A DNA stretch of 64,000 nucleotides from Candidatus Moanibacter sp. (lineage in GTDB: Bacteria > Verrucomicrobiota > Verrucomicrobiia > Opitutales > UBA2987), in NCBI GenBank assembly GCA_965215885.1, contig CBDCEW010000104.1:276301-340300 (forward strand). The letters are read 5' to 3'. The translations under genes and the position numbers were made by a program. The number at the start of each line of letters is the position of its first letter. Position 1 is the first letter of the stretch. Below, piece after piece: positions 52,648 through 64,000 of the stretch. The notes beneath the pieces are model-generated. The model was given only the letters and a program-made list of their open reading frames with translations. It was not told the DNA's origin and searched no databases.

Positions 52648-54253
52648 CATTTGCGTTAACCTAAGGAGAAGAAACAAGAGAGGAAATCAAGTCGAGAACG
52701 CTTTTCATAGGTGCAGTGTTTGGGGATTTGTTTGAGCCATCGGGGGATGATCTGATCTTTGGGAATGTGAGAGAGGATGAAGAAGTAGGGAGCAAAGAAG
52801 CCAAACCAGTAGGAGAATTTAAGGATACTCAGAGGAGAGGACAAACTGGTATTCGAATAGTGTCTAAGGGGACCATAGACGAAGTTGAGTAAGTGGGTAA
52901 TGAGGATGAGACGGGCGTAGATAAGAAGCTCAACCTGGTAGGGAGTAGTCTCTTTGACCTGACCGAGATTAAGATGTTGCTTAAAGGCCTTAAAGAAAAT
53001 TTCGATGCGCCAGCGAAGCCCGTAAAAGCTCAGAATCTGCTTAGGGCTAAAGTCTTTCTGATGGAGGTTGGTAATAAAGATTTGGAAACCGAGAAGGAAG
53101 CTGGTGCGGCTGGTATATCGAAGTCTATTGTCGCGGTTTTGTCTATGCTCGCGGCGGCGTTTATGGGCCACCTTCTGAGGGAGTTTGACGGCGATCAGAC
53201 GAACCGGAAGCTTGGCTTTTTTACCCACCCGAACGGGCATATCGAGAAGCTTTTGGCCACGTAAAAGTTTGCGTAGATCGAGCTCTTCATCGCCTTCGTT
53301 GGCTAAAAGGCAAGTGCCGGTTTTCAAACGACTCACAAAGAAGCAGCCGCGCTGATCGAGTTGCTTAAAGACATCGAGGACAAAATAGCCTAAGTCGCGC
53401 AGGATCAAGTCGTTGGGTTGAGCGAGAGCGAGAATGTCTTTGGAAGCAGCCTGATCGTTTTTTCGGAAGCTACTGAGGCTGAAGTCAACGAAGGATTCAT
53501 TGCGCAGATCGTAATAGGCCTGAATCTTCAGTTGAGCCTGTTTGGAGCCTGTCTGATTGGACGCTCCGGGGAAGAAGGGGGCCAGGACCTTAGGCAAGCC
53601 AATCGAAGTGCTGTCGGCAATGAGAACCCGTTCAAAGCTCCTCATGCAATTTGGAACAGCTCTGCCCACAGGCCCATAAGCTTTAAGTTCTAAAAGCCTC
53701 AGGAGCACTAAGGTCATAAAAGCGGTGGCTTTTTTGGCGCACTTTTGGACCGCTTGTCTGGAAATGGTGCGGTTGGCTAAGAATCCAATAAGCTCGGCTT
53801 CTTTGCCAAGGGACAAGGCCCCCTTAGAAGCCATCGCCAGCAAAGCCAAAACAAAGTTCAGAGGGGAGATCTTGCGCGATTTCCTCTCTCTAAAACCACT
53901 CTGTTTAGCGAGGGCTGTGAGGTTCAACTTACGGAAGGTTTGACGGATACAATCAGCTTTTTTTATACTTTGCATCCGAAGGATAAATCCTATATATGAA
54001 CGAATGTACAGTATAAAATGCTGCCAAAGTGAAAAAAAATGGGGTAGACGGTAAAAGTAGAGAAGATAACCCGGCCAAAATGCACTCGCTCAACTGCGAA
54101 TTTCCTCACCGCTGTGGTCGAAACGAAGCAAATAGAAAAGGGCGAACAAATGGAGTGGAACCTCGAGGATAGAGACACCCTCATACTCCGCCGCAAAATA
54201 CCTCGCAAGTCTTTGAATCTGACTAAGTTGCGAAAATAAGGTTTACGCGTATG
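52648..54253 (-). mobile_element. IS4-family insertion sequence
   Basis: TIRs CATTTGCGTTAAC / CATACGCGTAAAC; 9-bp TSD CGCTG(A/G)GCG; extra end copy at 52591-52612. Confidence 0.8.
52656..53975 (-). CDS. IS4-family transposase
   Basis: IADST, LRDLGYF, FVSRL, Y..RW.IE.FFK..K (YREK). Confidence 0.93.
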   Translation of the reverse strand: MQSIKKADCIRQTFRKLNLTALAKQSGFRERKSRKISPLNFVLALLAMASKGALSLGKEAELIGFLANRTISRQAVQKCAKKATAFMTLVLLRLLELKAYGPVGRAVPNCMRSFERVLIADSTSIGLPKVLAPFFPGASNQTGSKQAQLKIQAYYDLRNESFVDFSLSSFRKNDQAASKDILALAQPNDLILRDLGYFVLDVFKQLDQRGCFFVSRLKTGTCLLANEGDEELDLRKLLRGQKLLDMPVRVGKKAKLPVRLIAVKLPQKVAHKRRREHRQNRDNRLRYTSRTSFLLGFQIFITNLHQKDFSPKQILSFYGLRWRIEIFFKAFKQHLNLGQVKETTPYQVELLIYARLILITHLLNFVYGPLRHYSNTSLSSPLSILKFSYWFGFFAPYFFILSHIPKDQIIPRWLKQIPKHCTYEKRSRLDFLSCFFSLG

Positions 54254-54585
54254 CGCTGAGCGGGACAGTAGCCATCCCACTGTTCCTTACGGTAGTCGAT
54301 GGATGAAGGAGGAGATTAAAATTGTGACTTTATTCGACCTCGGTAATTGTTGTCGCCGGCAGGCACAGTGGGATGGGGCGAAGCCCACCGTGGGAAAATT
54401 CTCAAGAATTGCGAAAGCCTTCTTCACAGCGGGCTAAGGTCAAAAATGTGGATTGCTTCGTCATTCTTCCTCGTCCCGCTCGGCGGGAACAGGTTGCCCA
54501 TTGTCGTAAACTATCGATTACGATTACGACGAAGTTGACGACAAAGATCCGATGGGGATCGGCTTGCCATGGGAGGGGGATTGCT

Positions 54586-54699
54586 GTCGAAACGAAGCAA
54601 ATGTGGAACCTCGAGGATAGAGACACCCTCATACTGCAAAATACCTCGCAAGCTTTGAATCTGACTAAGTTGCGAAAATAAGGTTTACGCGTGCGCTGA
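54586..54699. repeat. Partial degenerate copy of the IS4 upstream end (54117-54259)
   Basis: Shared GTCGAAACGAAGCAAAT..TGGAACCTCGAGGATAGAGACACCCTCATACT..CTGACTAAGTTGCGAAAATAAGGTTTACGCGT with deletions. Confidence 0.88.
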
Positions 54700-54711
54700 T
54701 TAGCTTTTTGA

Positions 54712-55848
54712 ATGGGGTCCTGTTTTGAGCTGTTGCCTTCTACGACCGGGACATCGGCGCGGAGGGGGAGGCTGCAGACGCTTCATGGCGCGGTAGAGAC
54801 CCCGATTTTCATGCCGGTTGGCACACAGGCGACGGTAAAGGCGCTCACCCCGGCCCAGCTGCATGAAATTGATGCCGGGATCATCCTGGGAAACACCTAC
54901 CATTTGAACTTGAGGCCGGGATCGGAACTCATCAGGGAGATGGGCGGGCTTCATGCATTTATGGGATGGGATGGCCCGATTCTCACCGACAGCGGGGGGT
55001 ACCAGGTATTCAGCCTGGCAAAGTTGAGAAAGATCTCGGAGGAAGGAATCTCATTCCGGTCCCATATCGATGGCGATGCGGTCTTCCTTGGACCGACTGA
55101 AGTGATGACAATTCAGAATAATCTGGGATCGGACATCGGGATGGTCTTGGACGAATGCCTGCCTTTTCCGTGTGAGGAAGAATCGTGTCGAGAAGCGGTG
55201 AGGCGCACCGTGCGTTGGGCGCGTGAGTGTAAGACAGTCGCTGCGGAGAATGGGTTCACGGAAGGAGGCCACCTGCTTTTTGGAATTGTACAGGGCTCAA
55301 CATTTCAGAATATACGAAGGGAGTGCACTGAAGAACTCCTTGAGCTCGATTTTTCAGGCTATGCGATCGGGGGCGTCAGTGTGGGAGAAGGTGAGGTGGA
55401 AATGTTCAAGCAGGTCGAATGGGTGGCTTCCGGTTTGCCGGAAAATAAGCCGTGTTACCTGATGGGAGTGGGAACGCCGCCCCAGCTGTTGCAAATGGTT
55501 GCCCAGGGAGTGGACATGTTCGATTGTGTATTGCCTACGAGGGCGGCTCGGCACGGAACGCTCTATACACCGTATGGAATCTTAAATCTGAGCAATCAAA
55601 GGTTTAAGAACGACGAGCGGCCAATTGTGCAAGAACTCAACAACTATACCTGCCGCAATTTCACACGAGCATACTTGAGGCATCTTGTAATGTCAGGGGA
55701 GCTCCTCGCCCATACCTTGCTCTCGATTCATAATCTTCACTTCTACCTCGATCTGATGGACCAGGTGAGGCGGCATCTCGAAGAGGGTGACTTTGACTCG
55801 TGGCATCTGGAGTGGATTGAGAGGTATGAGGGTGGAAGTGGAGAGTGA
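54712..55848 (+). CDS. tgt: tRNA-guanine transglycosylase
   Basis: TP.FMPVGT, NTYHL, TDSGGYQ, GIVQG, GG.SVGE, YLMGVG, DMFDCV.PTR. Confidence 0.97.
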   Translation: MGSCFELLPSTTGTSARRGRLQTLHGAVETPIFMPVGTQATVKALTPAQLHEIDAGIILGNTYHLNLRPGSELIREMGGLHAFMGWDGPILTDSGGYQVFSLAKLRKISEEGISFRSHIDGDAVFLGPTEVMTIQNNLGSDIGMVLDECLPFPCEEESCREAVRRTVRWARECKTVAAENGFTEGGHLLFGIVQGSTFQNIRRECTEELLELDFSGYAIGGVSVGEGEVEMFKQVEWVASGLPENKPCYLMGVGTPPQLLQMVAQGVDMFDCVLPTRAARHGTLYTPYGILNLSNQRFKNDERPIVQELNNYTCRNFTRAYLRHLVMSGELLAHTLLSIHNLHFYLDLMDQVRRHLEEGDFDSWHLEWIERYEGGSGE

Positions 55849-56209
55849 ACTGTTGCAAGCCGGGACTTCGCTGCGCTCAGCAGTGAACAGTGTAGAGGAG
55901 GATGAGCAACGAATTAATGAAGGGCAACGAATGGGGGAGGGGACTTGAGCGCAGTGTTCGGTGATGAGTTGTAGATCTTCTTTCTGCTGGCAGAAATGTT
56001 GAAGTCGGATTCAGGACCATTTTCGTTCTCTTCCTCGTAATCGTTCTCGAAAGGAGGTGGAAGACCACGTCGTTGCCGACGCGGCTACTGTAATATGGAA
56101 GAAGTGGTTGGTCCCACGGTCCTATAGTCCTACAGTCCCCGGACGAGGCGTAAGATCTTCACTTGTGTTTAGGGGGAACAATGCTTAGATCTGCGGTTTC
56201 GAAATCAGA

Positions 56210-57142
56210 ATGCGTATTTTGATTACAGGGGGAGCCGGATTCCTGGGAAGCCATCTTTGTGATCGCTTGTTGCTCGATGGACATGAAGTAATCGCCCTCG
56301 ATAACCTTTTCACGGGCAGCAAGGGCAACATCAGACACCTGGCCAATCATCCCGCGTTCGAATTTGTGCGGCATGATATTGTCGATCCTTTCAAGGTTGA
56401 AGTTGATCAGATTTACAACCTGGCCTGCCCGGCATCGCCCGTGCACTACCAATATAACCCGATCAAGACGGTAAAGACCTCGGTCATGGGCACGATAAAT
56501 TGCCTCGGTATCGCGAAGAGAGTAAAGGCGCGAATCTTTCAAGCGTCGACTTCAGAAGTGTATGGCGACCCTGACGTTCATCCTCAGCCCGAAAGTTATC
56601 GGGGCAGCGTAAATCCGATTGGAAGGCGCGCCTGCTATGACGAGGGCAAACGTTGCGCGGAGACGCTCTGCTTCGACTATCACCGAGAAAACAACGTAGA
56701 TATTCGAGTGGCGCGGATCTTTAACACTTACGGGCCCCGAATGCACCCAAACGATGGGAGAGTGGTATCGAATTTCATCATTCAAGCATTGCGCAACGAG
56801 CCCATAACGATCTATGGCGACGGCAGTCAAACGCGCTCATTCTGTTACGTGGACGACCTCATCGAGGGGATCGTCGGGATGATGGCGCAGGAGGATACGG
56901 TCGGGCCGTTGAATCTTGGCAACCCGGCAGAGTTGACCATGAAGGAACTTGCGGATAAGGTAGTTGAGCTGACCGGGAGTGCTTCAACCAGAACCTATGA
57001 AGCGCTACCAGAAGACGACCCTCAACAGCGGCGGCCGGATATCAGCCAGGCGATGAAATATCTCGGATGGGAACCGGCCTGCGATCTCGAGTCGGGGCTT
57101 AAGAGGACGATCGACTATTTTGAAAAAGATCTCTCGAGCTAA
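56210..57142 (+). CDS. UDP-glucuronic acid decarboxylase (UXS-type SDR)
   Basis: [54 protein letters not shown]. Confidence 0.93.
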   Translation: MRILITGGAGFLGSHLCDRLLLDGHEVIALDNLFTGSKGNIRHLANHPAFEFVRHDIVDPFKVEVDQIYNLACPASPVHYQYNPIKTVKTSVMGTINCLGIAKRVKARIFQASTSEVYGDPDVHPQPESYRGSVNPIGRRACYDEGKRCAETLCFDYHRENNVDIRVARIFNTYGPRMHPNDGRVVSNFIIQALRNEPITIYGDGSQTRSFCYVDDLIEGIVGMMAQEDTVGPLNLGNPAELTMKELADKVVELTGSASTRTYEALPEDDPQQRRPDISQAMKYLGWEPACDLESGLKRTIDYFEKDLSS

Positions 57143-60082
57143 ATGATCGCCAAAATATTCAAGAGTCTGGCGGGAAGGCACTACCGAAAGTATATAAAGA
57201 AGGTAACTCCGGTAGTCAGTCAGATCAATGAGATCGAAGAGGGATACCGCAGACTTTCGGATGAAGCGCTGAAAGCGAAGACCGGGGAGTTCAAGAGCCG
57301 GTGTGCCGACGGTGAAACCCTCGATGAACTCCTACCGGAGGCTTTCGCGGCGGTAAAAAACACGGCGCGCCGCCTCATGGGCGAAACCATCACAGTCTGC
57401 GATCACGAGATGCAGTGGGATATGATTCCTTTTGATGTGCAATTAATTGGGGGGGTATCGCTGCACGACATGAAGATTTCGGAGATGGCTACGGGAGAGG
57501 GAAAGACTCTTGTGGCGACGCTGCCGCTGTTTCTAAACGCCCTGACGGGAAGAAACTGCCAATTGGTGACGGTTAATGACTATCTGGCGCGCCGCGATTC
57601 GGAATGGATGGGTTTTATCTATAAGTTCCTCGGATTAACAGTCGGCTGTATTCAGAACTCAATGGATCCGGCAACCCGGCGCGAAATGTACGGTTGCGAT
57701 ATCACTTACGGGACGGCGAGTGAGTTCGGTTTTGATTATCTTCGGGATAACGGCATGGCTACGAGGAAGGAAGACCAGGTGCAGCGCGATCACTACTACT
57801 GTATCGTTGACGAAGTGGACTCAATACTGATCGACGAGGCGCGCACACCTCTCATCATCTCGGGTCCTGTTCAAGTGGACCGCGAGATGCCTTTTCCGGA
57901 GCTGAAGCCGACCATCGCGAAACTCGTGAGAGAGCAGTCGTCTTTTTGTAACCGATTAGTTTCGGATGGGAAGAAGGAGATGGAGGTGGACGGATTCGAT
58001 GAGTTTTCGGTCTATAAAATGCTGCTTCAGGTAAAACTTGGCATGCCCAAAAATAAGCAGTTTCTGCGAACTATGGAAGATGGGGCCGTGCGTAAGCCTT
58101 TCGACAAGTACGAACTGGAGATGGGTAGCGACTTCAATAAAAACGAGTTTTATGCTCTGAAAGAGGAGTTGTTCTTTGTCATTGACGAAAAGGGGCATCA
58201 GGCGGATCTCACGGAAAAGGGGAGGAATTTCCTCCGCCCGAACGACGATGATGCGTTTGTCTTACCGGATCTCCCCTCGATTTACATGGATATCGATAGC
58301 GATTCAGCGCTATCGGCAGATGCTAAACAGAAGGAGAAAGCAAAGGCGCAGGAGCGATTCGAGAAACAGAGTGAAGATATTCACAGTATAAGCCAACTGT
58401 TGCGCGCCTTTTCCCTCTACGAGCGTGACGTCGAGTACATCGTGAAGGACGAGAAGGTTATGATCATCGACGAAAACACCGGGCGAGTCATGCCGGGCCG
58501 CCGATGGAGTGATGGGTTGCACCAGGCGATCGAAGCAAAAGAGGGAGTCGTGATCGAAAAGGAATCGAAGACCTATGCCACGATAACAATCCAGAATTAC
58601 TTCCGCATGTATGAAAAGCTCGCCGGAATGACGGGGACGGCGGAGACCGAGGCCAATGAATTTCGCGATATCTACAAACTGAGCGTCATGGTGGTTCCGA
58701 CGAACAAAGAGATGGTGCGGGCCGACGATGACGATCTCATCTACAAGACGAGACGGGAAAAGTATAACGCCGTCGTCAATGAAATCAGGGAGGCAAATTC
58801 AGAAGGGCAGCCGGTTCTGGTGGGAACAGTTTCGGTGGAAGCGTCGGAAGTCCTCAGTCGGATGCTCAGGCGAGTCAATATCACGCACAATGTGCTGAAT
58901 GCGAAGTTTCATGCACAAGAGGCCGAGATTGTGGCCAAGGCGGGTCACCGCAACGGGGTCACGATCGCCACAAACATGGCTGGTCGCGGGACGGATATCA
59001 AGTTGGGAGGAGGGATTGCGGATCGGGGTGGGCTCTACGTAATAGGGACGGAACGTCATACTGCCCGCCGCATTGACAGGCAACTCCGCGGACGGAGCGG
59101 ACGCCAGGGAGATCCGGGATCCACTCGGTTTTTCATATCGTTGGAGGATGATCTGCTGCGGCTCTTTGGAAATTCCGGAGCCGTCGGCAAATTGCTGGAG
59201 AAGTCGGTGGGAGAGGGGGAAGTGCCACTCCCCACGTGGGTTATCGAGAATGCGCAAAAGCGCGTGGAGGAGCAGAATTACTCAATTCGCAAGAGGCTCC
59301 TGCAGTACGACGACGTGCTCAACAAGCAGAGGGAGATTATTTACAGCATTCGCAATGATGCCATCCATTCAGAGACGCCGAAGGAGATCATCTTCGACCT
59401 CATCGAGGAGGAACTGGATTACAGGATGGAAGATTACGGGATGTTTGGGGGAAAGACGTTCGGCGATGAATCGTTGGAGGCGTTCCTGCATTGGGTAAAC
59501 ACGCATTTTCCTGTCGTTCTCAAGAGTGAGGAGGTGTCCGAACGGGATGTCGAAGGGACAGGGAAGTACGTTCTGGAGAAAATAGAGGCTGCCTACGCTA
59601 TGAAAGAAGCTGTCGAGAATCCGGAAGCTCTTCGCGCCTTGGAACGTTACGTAATCATTCACAGTCTCGACAAGCATTGGCAGGACCATCTTACGGAAAT
59701 GGAAGATCTGCGCCAGAGCGTGGGACTTCGCGGGTATGGCCAAAAGGATCCTCTAAACGAATACAAAAACGAGGCTTTCGTCTTTTTCGAGGAGATGATG
59801 GTCAGTTTTCGTTCGGAGATCTGCATGGGAATCTTTCGATCCGCCACCAACATAAAGGCTTTTGAAAACATGCTGGCGATGCTCTCGAGGAATGTCCGAA
59901 GCCAGGGACCGAGTGATGTCGATGGATCGTTGTTGCCGGGAGCGACGGGTGGACGTTCATCGGAGGAAATCAAATTACCTAAAGTAACGATTCGGCGAGA
60001 AGGTCCGAAGGTTGGGCGAAACGATCCGTGTCCCTGCGGAAGCGGAAAAAAGTACAAGAAGTGCTGCGGGCGGAAGTCCTGA
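57143..60082 (+). CDS. secA: Preprotein translocase ATPase SecA
   Basis: [64 protein letters not shown]. Confidence 0.98.
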   Translation: MIAKIFKSLAGRHYRKYIKKVTPVVSQINEIEEGYRRLSDEALKAKTGEFKSRCADGETLDELLPEAFAAVKNTARRLMGETITVCDHEMQWDMIPFDVQLIGGVSLHDMKISEMATGEGKTLVATLPLFLNALTGRNCQLVTVNDYLARRDSEWMGFIYKFLGLTVGCIQNSMDPATRREMYGCDITYGTASEFGFDYLRDNGMATRKEDQVQRDHYYCIVDEVDSILIDEARTPLIISGPVQVDREMPFPELKPTIAKLVREQSSFCNRLVSDGKKEMEVDGFDEFSVYKMLLQVKLGMPKNKQFLRTMEDGAVRKPFDKYELEMGSDFNKNEFYALKEELFFVIDEKGHQADLTEKGRNFLRPNDDDAFVLPDLPSIYMDIDSDSALSADAKQKEKAKAQERFEKQSEDIHSISQLLRAFSLYERDVEYIVKDEKVMIIDENTGRVMPGRRWSDGLHQAIEAKEGVVIEKESKTYATITIQNYFRMYEKLAGMTGTAETEANEFRDIYKLSVMVVPTNKEMVRADDDDLIYKTRREKYNAVVNEIREANSEGQPVLVGTVSVEASEVLSRMLRRVNITHNVLNAKFHAQEAEIVAKAGHRNGVTIATNMAGRGTDIKLGGGIADRGGLYVIGTERHTARRIDRQLRGRSGRQGDPGSTRFFISLEDDLLRLFGNSGAVGKLLEKSVGEGEVPLPTWVIENAQKRVEEQNYSIRKRLLQYDDVLNKQREIIYSIRNDAIHSETPKEIIFDLIEEELDYRMEDYGMFGGKTFGDESLEAFLHWVNTHFPVVLKSEEVSERDVEGTGKYVLEKIEAAYAMKEAVENPEALRALERYVIIHSLDKHWQDHLTEMEDLRQSVGLRGYGQKDPLNEYKNEAFVFFEEMMVSFRSEICMGIFRSATNIKAFENMLAMLSRNVRSQGPSDVDGSLLPGATGGRSSEEIKLPKVTIRREGPKVGRNDPCPCGSGKKYKKCCGRKS

Positions 60083-60252
60083 GTTGAGCTTTCGTCAGAA
60101 AGTGGGCGTGGTGTTCGGAACGACGACTATTTCACCGGAATCAGAACTAAGGCCTGACCCATTGCTTCCCACATCGAACTAGGACATTTGCCATCACGCT
60201 AAACAGATATTCCCTCGCTGAGCGTTGGTTATGGCCGGTATCGGTCTACCTC

Positions 60253-61818
60253 TTGACGGTCCTTCTCTGGGTAAGCGCATTCCCCCCCGTAAATCTTCCG
60301 GAAGCGGCCTACATATTTGCCGTTCCTTTCCTGCTTTGGGCATTTTGGAAGCCTACCCTAATGAGGTATCTCATAACCGCGGCCCTGGCCGGTTTTACAG
60401 CTTGGGTGATTCTTCTTTTCTGGCTCAGGCATGTAACGGTATTGGGGGTGATAGCGCTATCGGCTTACCTGACATTGTACATAGTCTCGTGGTTGTTTGC
60501 GGTGTGGTGGGCTGTTCCCCGGCTTGAAGGGAGAGGCTTCGGTGCCAGACTCTCGGCCCTTCTCGGCTTGGCCGGATGGTGGGTCCTGCTCGAATATCTG
60601 CGCGGATTTCTGTTTACGGGATTCTCCTGGCTGCCCCTGGCCTCAAGCCAGTGGGATCGATCGGCCCTCCTTCAGATAATTTCCTATACCGGATATACCG
60701 GCCTCTCATTTGTCCTGATTTTCTTCAATCTGGGTCTCGCTGTTTACCTCAGGAGGATTGTTGCACGGCGTGGAGGGCGCGAATGGTACGAGCGAATCTG
60801 CTACGAATTCTATGTAGCTCTCCTCTTTCTGCTGGTGGCGGCCAGTGGACTTATTTGGGCGAAAACATTTGGACAGCGCCAGGAGGTACTCTTTCGAGCG
60901 GCGGTGGTCCAGCCGTATATCAAGCAGTCGCTAAAGTGGGATCCGAGCAAGGTGTTGGAGAATTTCAGGACCTTGAGAGTGCAGACACTGTTTGCCAGCG
61001 CCAATGGAGGCGAGGTGGTCTTGTGGCCTGAATCGGTTACGCCCCTTCCGATCAAAGGCAACATGGAAGCGCTCAGCTGGACGGAGAGTATAGCGAGCGA
61101 GATCGATAAGCCGATTTTGATGGGGAATATGGCAATTGAAGGGGAGACCTGGTATAATATCGTCTGTGCGGTCACTCCTGAAGGCGGATTGGTTAATCCC
61201 TACTATGCGAAGCGGAGGCTCGTTCCTTTTGGAGAATATGTGCCATTCGAAAATCTCCTTCCTTTCATAAAAAAGGTCGTCCCTCTGAAAGGATCATTCG
61301 GTAAGGGGACGACGGCGGAGCTGATCCCCTTGAAGATAGGTGAGAGCAGTTATCTGGTCGGGGCACTCGTATGCTATGAGGATATCTTCCCGAGATTCTC
61401 CCGGGAGATCGCGAAAGGAGGAGCTGATTTCGTATTTGTGGCGACAAACAATGCCTGGTATGGCGAGGAGGGTGGGGCCTACCAGCACGCCGCTCACTCC
61501 GTTTTGCGGGCCGTGGAAACGCGCCGGCCATTTATTCGTTGTGGGAATTCGGGCTGGAGCGGGTGGATCGACGAGTACGGGAATGTGCGACAGGTGCTCG
61601 TGCGCCCGGATAACGGGATATATTTCCGTGGAAGCGACATTATTAAAGTCAGTCGAGACAGCCGGTGGAAACGTCGAGAGAGCTTTTATGTGAGATACGG
61701 AGACTGGTTTGTTGGGGTTTGTGGAGTGCTGACTGTTATGGGATATTTTGGGATCCGATCGCGGAAAGAAGGACAGTACCAGGTTGGGGAGCTTTTGCGG
61801 CCGCCGATGCGTGAATAA
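60253..61818 (+). CDS. lnt: Apolipoprotein N-acyltransferase
   Basis: TM N-terminus, E.LR..LFTGF.W, LWPES, K..LVPFGEY.P, CYED.F, RAVE.RR; start uncertain because the frame stays open upstream. Confidence 0.94.
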   Translation: MTVLLWVSAFPPVNLPEAAYIFAVPFLLWAFWKPTLMRYLITAALAGFTAWVILLFWLRHVTVLGVIALSAYLTLYIVSWLFAVWWAVPRLEGRGFGARLSALLGLAGWWVLLEYLRGFLFTGFSWLPLASSQWDRSALLQIISYTGYTGLSFVLIFFNLGLAVYLRRIVARRGGREWYERICYEFYVALLFLLVAASGLIWAKTFGQRQEVLFRAAVVQPYIKQSLKWDPSKVLENFRTLRVQTLFASANGGEVVLWPESVTPLPIKGNMEALSWTESIASEIDKPILMGNMAIEGETWYNIVCAVTPEGGLVNPYYAKRRLVPFGEYVPFENLLPFIKKVVPLKGSFGKGTTAELIPLKIGESSYLVGALVCYEDIFPRFSREIAKGGADFVFVATNNAWYGEEGGAYQHAAHSVLRAVETRRPFIRCGNSGWSGWIDEYGNVRQVLVRPDNGIYFRGSDIIKVSRDSRWKRRESFYVRYGDWFVGVCGVLTVMGYFGIRSRKEGQYQVGELLRPPMRE

Positions 61819-61882
61819 GATCGAGTTCGTTTTCGAACTTTGTCGTAAGCTCAGACCTCACTATATTGCCCCTCTAAAGGCA

Positions 61883-64000
61883 CTATGCAATCGCAAGTTT
61901 AAATCCCGATTTTTTGCCCAGTCGGAAGATGATTCTTCGGCCTGAACCGTCGGGCATCAGTAAGGGCTTCTCATTGAGAGTTTGCAGATACTCAAGCACC
62001 ACCGCCTGCACCCGAGGGGGATAAGTTGCGGTGGGGAATAAATGCGCTTCGACCGCACAGCCCCTCTCTATAAGAACGCCGTCACTGTGAGTCAAATTGC
62101 GAAACAGATCGTGGTCGTCACGATAGTTGTTGTAGCGAGCTTTAAAGGGTTCGAGCTGCTTGTAGAAGCTGTTACGGGCGAAGATTTTCAAGGCATCCAT
62201 GAGGGACTTGTTAGCGGTGTCCAGGCGGACATAGTTTTCATCAATGAGGCGCTGCAGCCTCGAGCATTCGGTGTCGATTTGCTCCAGTTCGAGTTGGAGG
62301 GCTTTGAGGGCCTGATCGAGTCGACGGATCTTTTCGCCCCTTGAGGCGCTTTTGCCCGGGTGGGCATGCTCGGCCAGGGGCAGTCTTTTCAATTCTTCGG
62401 TGCATTGCTGTTTTTGCTTCAGGAGGGCTTTGGCGGCACCGCTTTTCTCCTGCTTGTCCTCAAGGTGTTGGGCTAATCGCTTGTAGTGGACGGTGCGATA
62501 AGAGGTGATCTGATTAATCCCAAAGTGCTTATCGAGGTATTTGAAGTCATTCTCCTGAATCCAGCGACTGAACATCCCTTTGATTACCTCTTCATTTCGG
62601 GCCTGCTGATCGGTCGCCAGGATGCTCACGGTAATGGTTCGATTTTTTGGATTGGTCGCCTCCACGATCCACTGCACCAGTTGAGGATTTTTCTTCCAGG
62701 GGCCCCGCTGATAGCGAAGATGATACTCCTGGAGATCTTCGGCATGGTTGCGCGCGCGCTGCAGGCGCAACTGCCCGTCGATCCGTTGGAGGGGCTGGGC
62801 GCTGGCCTTGTAACCTTTTTCCCAGGTAATGATTTCGAGTTGAGGATGCTCCACGATGGCTTCGTAAAACCACTCCGCGGCGATCGCCCGGTCCACGTAA
62901 ATGCTCACCTTCTTATCAGCCGGCAACTGCACCAGCTCGAGCATCGCTTCGCAGTTGGGGATGAACCGTTCCCTTATATCCTCATAGTTGTCAGTGCTCG
63001 CAAAATAGACCGGATAGCCCTTGAGGGTATGAATAAAATCGCTGTGGAGCGCTTTGTCGGCCAGACGGATACCCGGACACCATCCCGCCAGCACCTTGCT
63101 CATTCCGGTGTAATGTTTGGTGTGCGGATCATAATAAAAGCTCTCTTCATCCGAAGCATTCAGGCCCCTCGCGTTCACTCTGAGGATCTCTCTTAAAAGC
63201 CCTTCATCGGCCAGGGCGCTAAGGCTTTGGCGTTGCAGATAGGGGGTATACAGGACTCGCCCGATGAGTTTTTGCAGGTCTTCGAGATCGAGCAGTTTGC
63301 TCTGCTCGATATTGACCGCGGCCAACAACCCGCAAGCCACCCATTGTTTCAAAAGCCAGCCCTCTTCGCGATCAATCTGAGCGACTTCTCTGAGCGCGGC
63401 ACTGAACAGAATTACTCCCAGGTGCCGATACCATTGCACCGCTTCGGAGCTCTCCCTCGAAAAATCGGGAGACTCCTTGCGATTGTCCCCTTCGCTTTCG
63501 GGGCTATTTTCTGCTTCTTGCTCCTGTTCGTCCCTCCCCGAGTCCTCCGGGCAATCCCAGGGAGTCTCCCGATTTTGCGCCCTCTCGGCTTCGGCCTCCT
63601 TTGCCCGGGCCTCTTTAAGCTCCTTAAAGACAGGGCGCAAAGTTTCCCCACTGAGGTTAACTCCGAACACCTCCTCGATCTCCCCCCGTATCTTCTTGCT
63701 GTAGCCATACCGACTCTCCCCATAGATCTGCCCGAAGCGCACCCGCCCAAAACTCCGGATTTCCCTCGTCAATTTGCGATGAGCGCTGCGTCCCGCCAGC
63801 ACTCGCGCTAAGGTCTCGGCATCTCCGCTTTGAAGCGCCTCCCCCCACCGCTTCATCGTTTTGGGGTCAACCTCAAATTGCTTCTCTAAGCGCCCTTTCT
63901 TCAACCCCGCATTGTAGAGGCGCCCCACCAATAGCTTGAATTCAACTTGCTCCCGATCGTCCTCTACGACTTCAAAAAGCTCATGCCCGTAATAGACGTG
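61883..64000 (-). CDS. Large putative transposase (5' end beyond window)
   Basis: HTH-like N-region, YYDPH.K.Y.G, VDR, RW.QENDFKY...HFG, coiled-coil insertion; frame open to the window end. Confidence 0.75.
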   Translation of the reverse strand, partial: HVYYGHELFEVVEDDREQVEFKLLVGRLYNAGLKKGRLEKQFEVDPKTMKRWGEALQSGDAETLARVLAGRSAHRKLTREIRSFGRVRFGQIYGESRYGYSKKIRGEIEEVFGVNLSGETLRPVFKELKEARAKEAEAERAQNRETPWDCPEDSGRDEQEQEAENSPESEGDNRKESPDFSRESSEAVQWYRHLGVILFSAALREVAQIDREEGWLLKQWVACGLLAAVNIEQSKLLDLEDLQKLIGRVLYTPYLQRQSLSALADEGLLREILRVNARGLNASDEESFYYDPHTKHYTGMSKVLAGWCPGIRLADKALHSDFIHTLKGYPVYFASTDNYEDIRERFIPNCEAMLELVQLPADKKVSIYVDRAIAAEWFYEAIVEHPQLEIITWEKGYKASAQPLQRIDGQLRLQRARNHAEDLQEYHLRYQRGPWKKNPQLVQWIVEATNPKNRTITVSILATDQQARNEEVIKGMFSRWIQENDFKYLDKHFGINQITSYRTVHYKRLAQHLEDKQEKSGAAKALLKQKQQCTEELKRLPLAEHAHPGKSASRGEKIRRLDQALKALQLELEQIDTECSRLQRLIDENYVRLDTANKSLMDALKIFARNSFYKQLEPFKARYNNYRDDHDLFRNLTHSDGVLIERGCAVEAHLFPTATYPPRVQAVVLEYLQTLNEKPLLMPDGSGRRIIFRLGKKSGFKLAIA

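Noticed and set aside
54703..54719. 16/17 match to the right TIR of the IS5-like element at the tgt start
   Set aside because: No partner TIR or TSD and it overlaps the tgt start codon; cannot be distinguished from chance

Overview
Bacterial chromosomal window, probably PVC/Verrucomicrobiota (inferred from the LpxC-FabZ fusion, RNase HIII and gene style). The backbone is housekeeping genes: npdG-like, argS, pdp-like, efp, lpxC-fabZ, lpxA, hpt, dnaE, rpsU, dus, mutY, rnhC-rnhB-acpS-nnr-dprA, tRNA-His, hit, nrdR, trpG, tgt, UXS, secA and lnt, plus an alpha-2-macroglobulin. Six IS elements are present: two near-identical IS110, one IS5/ISNCY-like, one IS1380, one IS4, and a large putative transposase cut by the window end. 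A ~13.7 kb accessory block (glycosidase, sulfatase/phosphodiesterase, pentapeptide protein) lies between two copies of the mutY 3' end. Best findings: (1) the IS110 left end encodes a readable bridge RNA whose target and donor guides match both insertion sites and the circle junction, and the target looks like a dispersed IS/MITE terminal motif; (2) the tRNA-His gene sits behind a leader ORF with a terminator/antiterminator pair, i.e. a possible attenuated tRNA; (3) a nucleoside-phosphorylase homologue has lost its phosphate-binding loop. All calls come from reading the sequence by eye; no searches were run.
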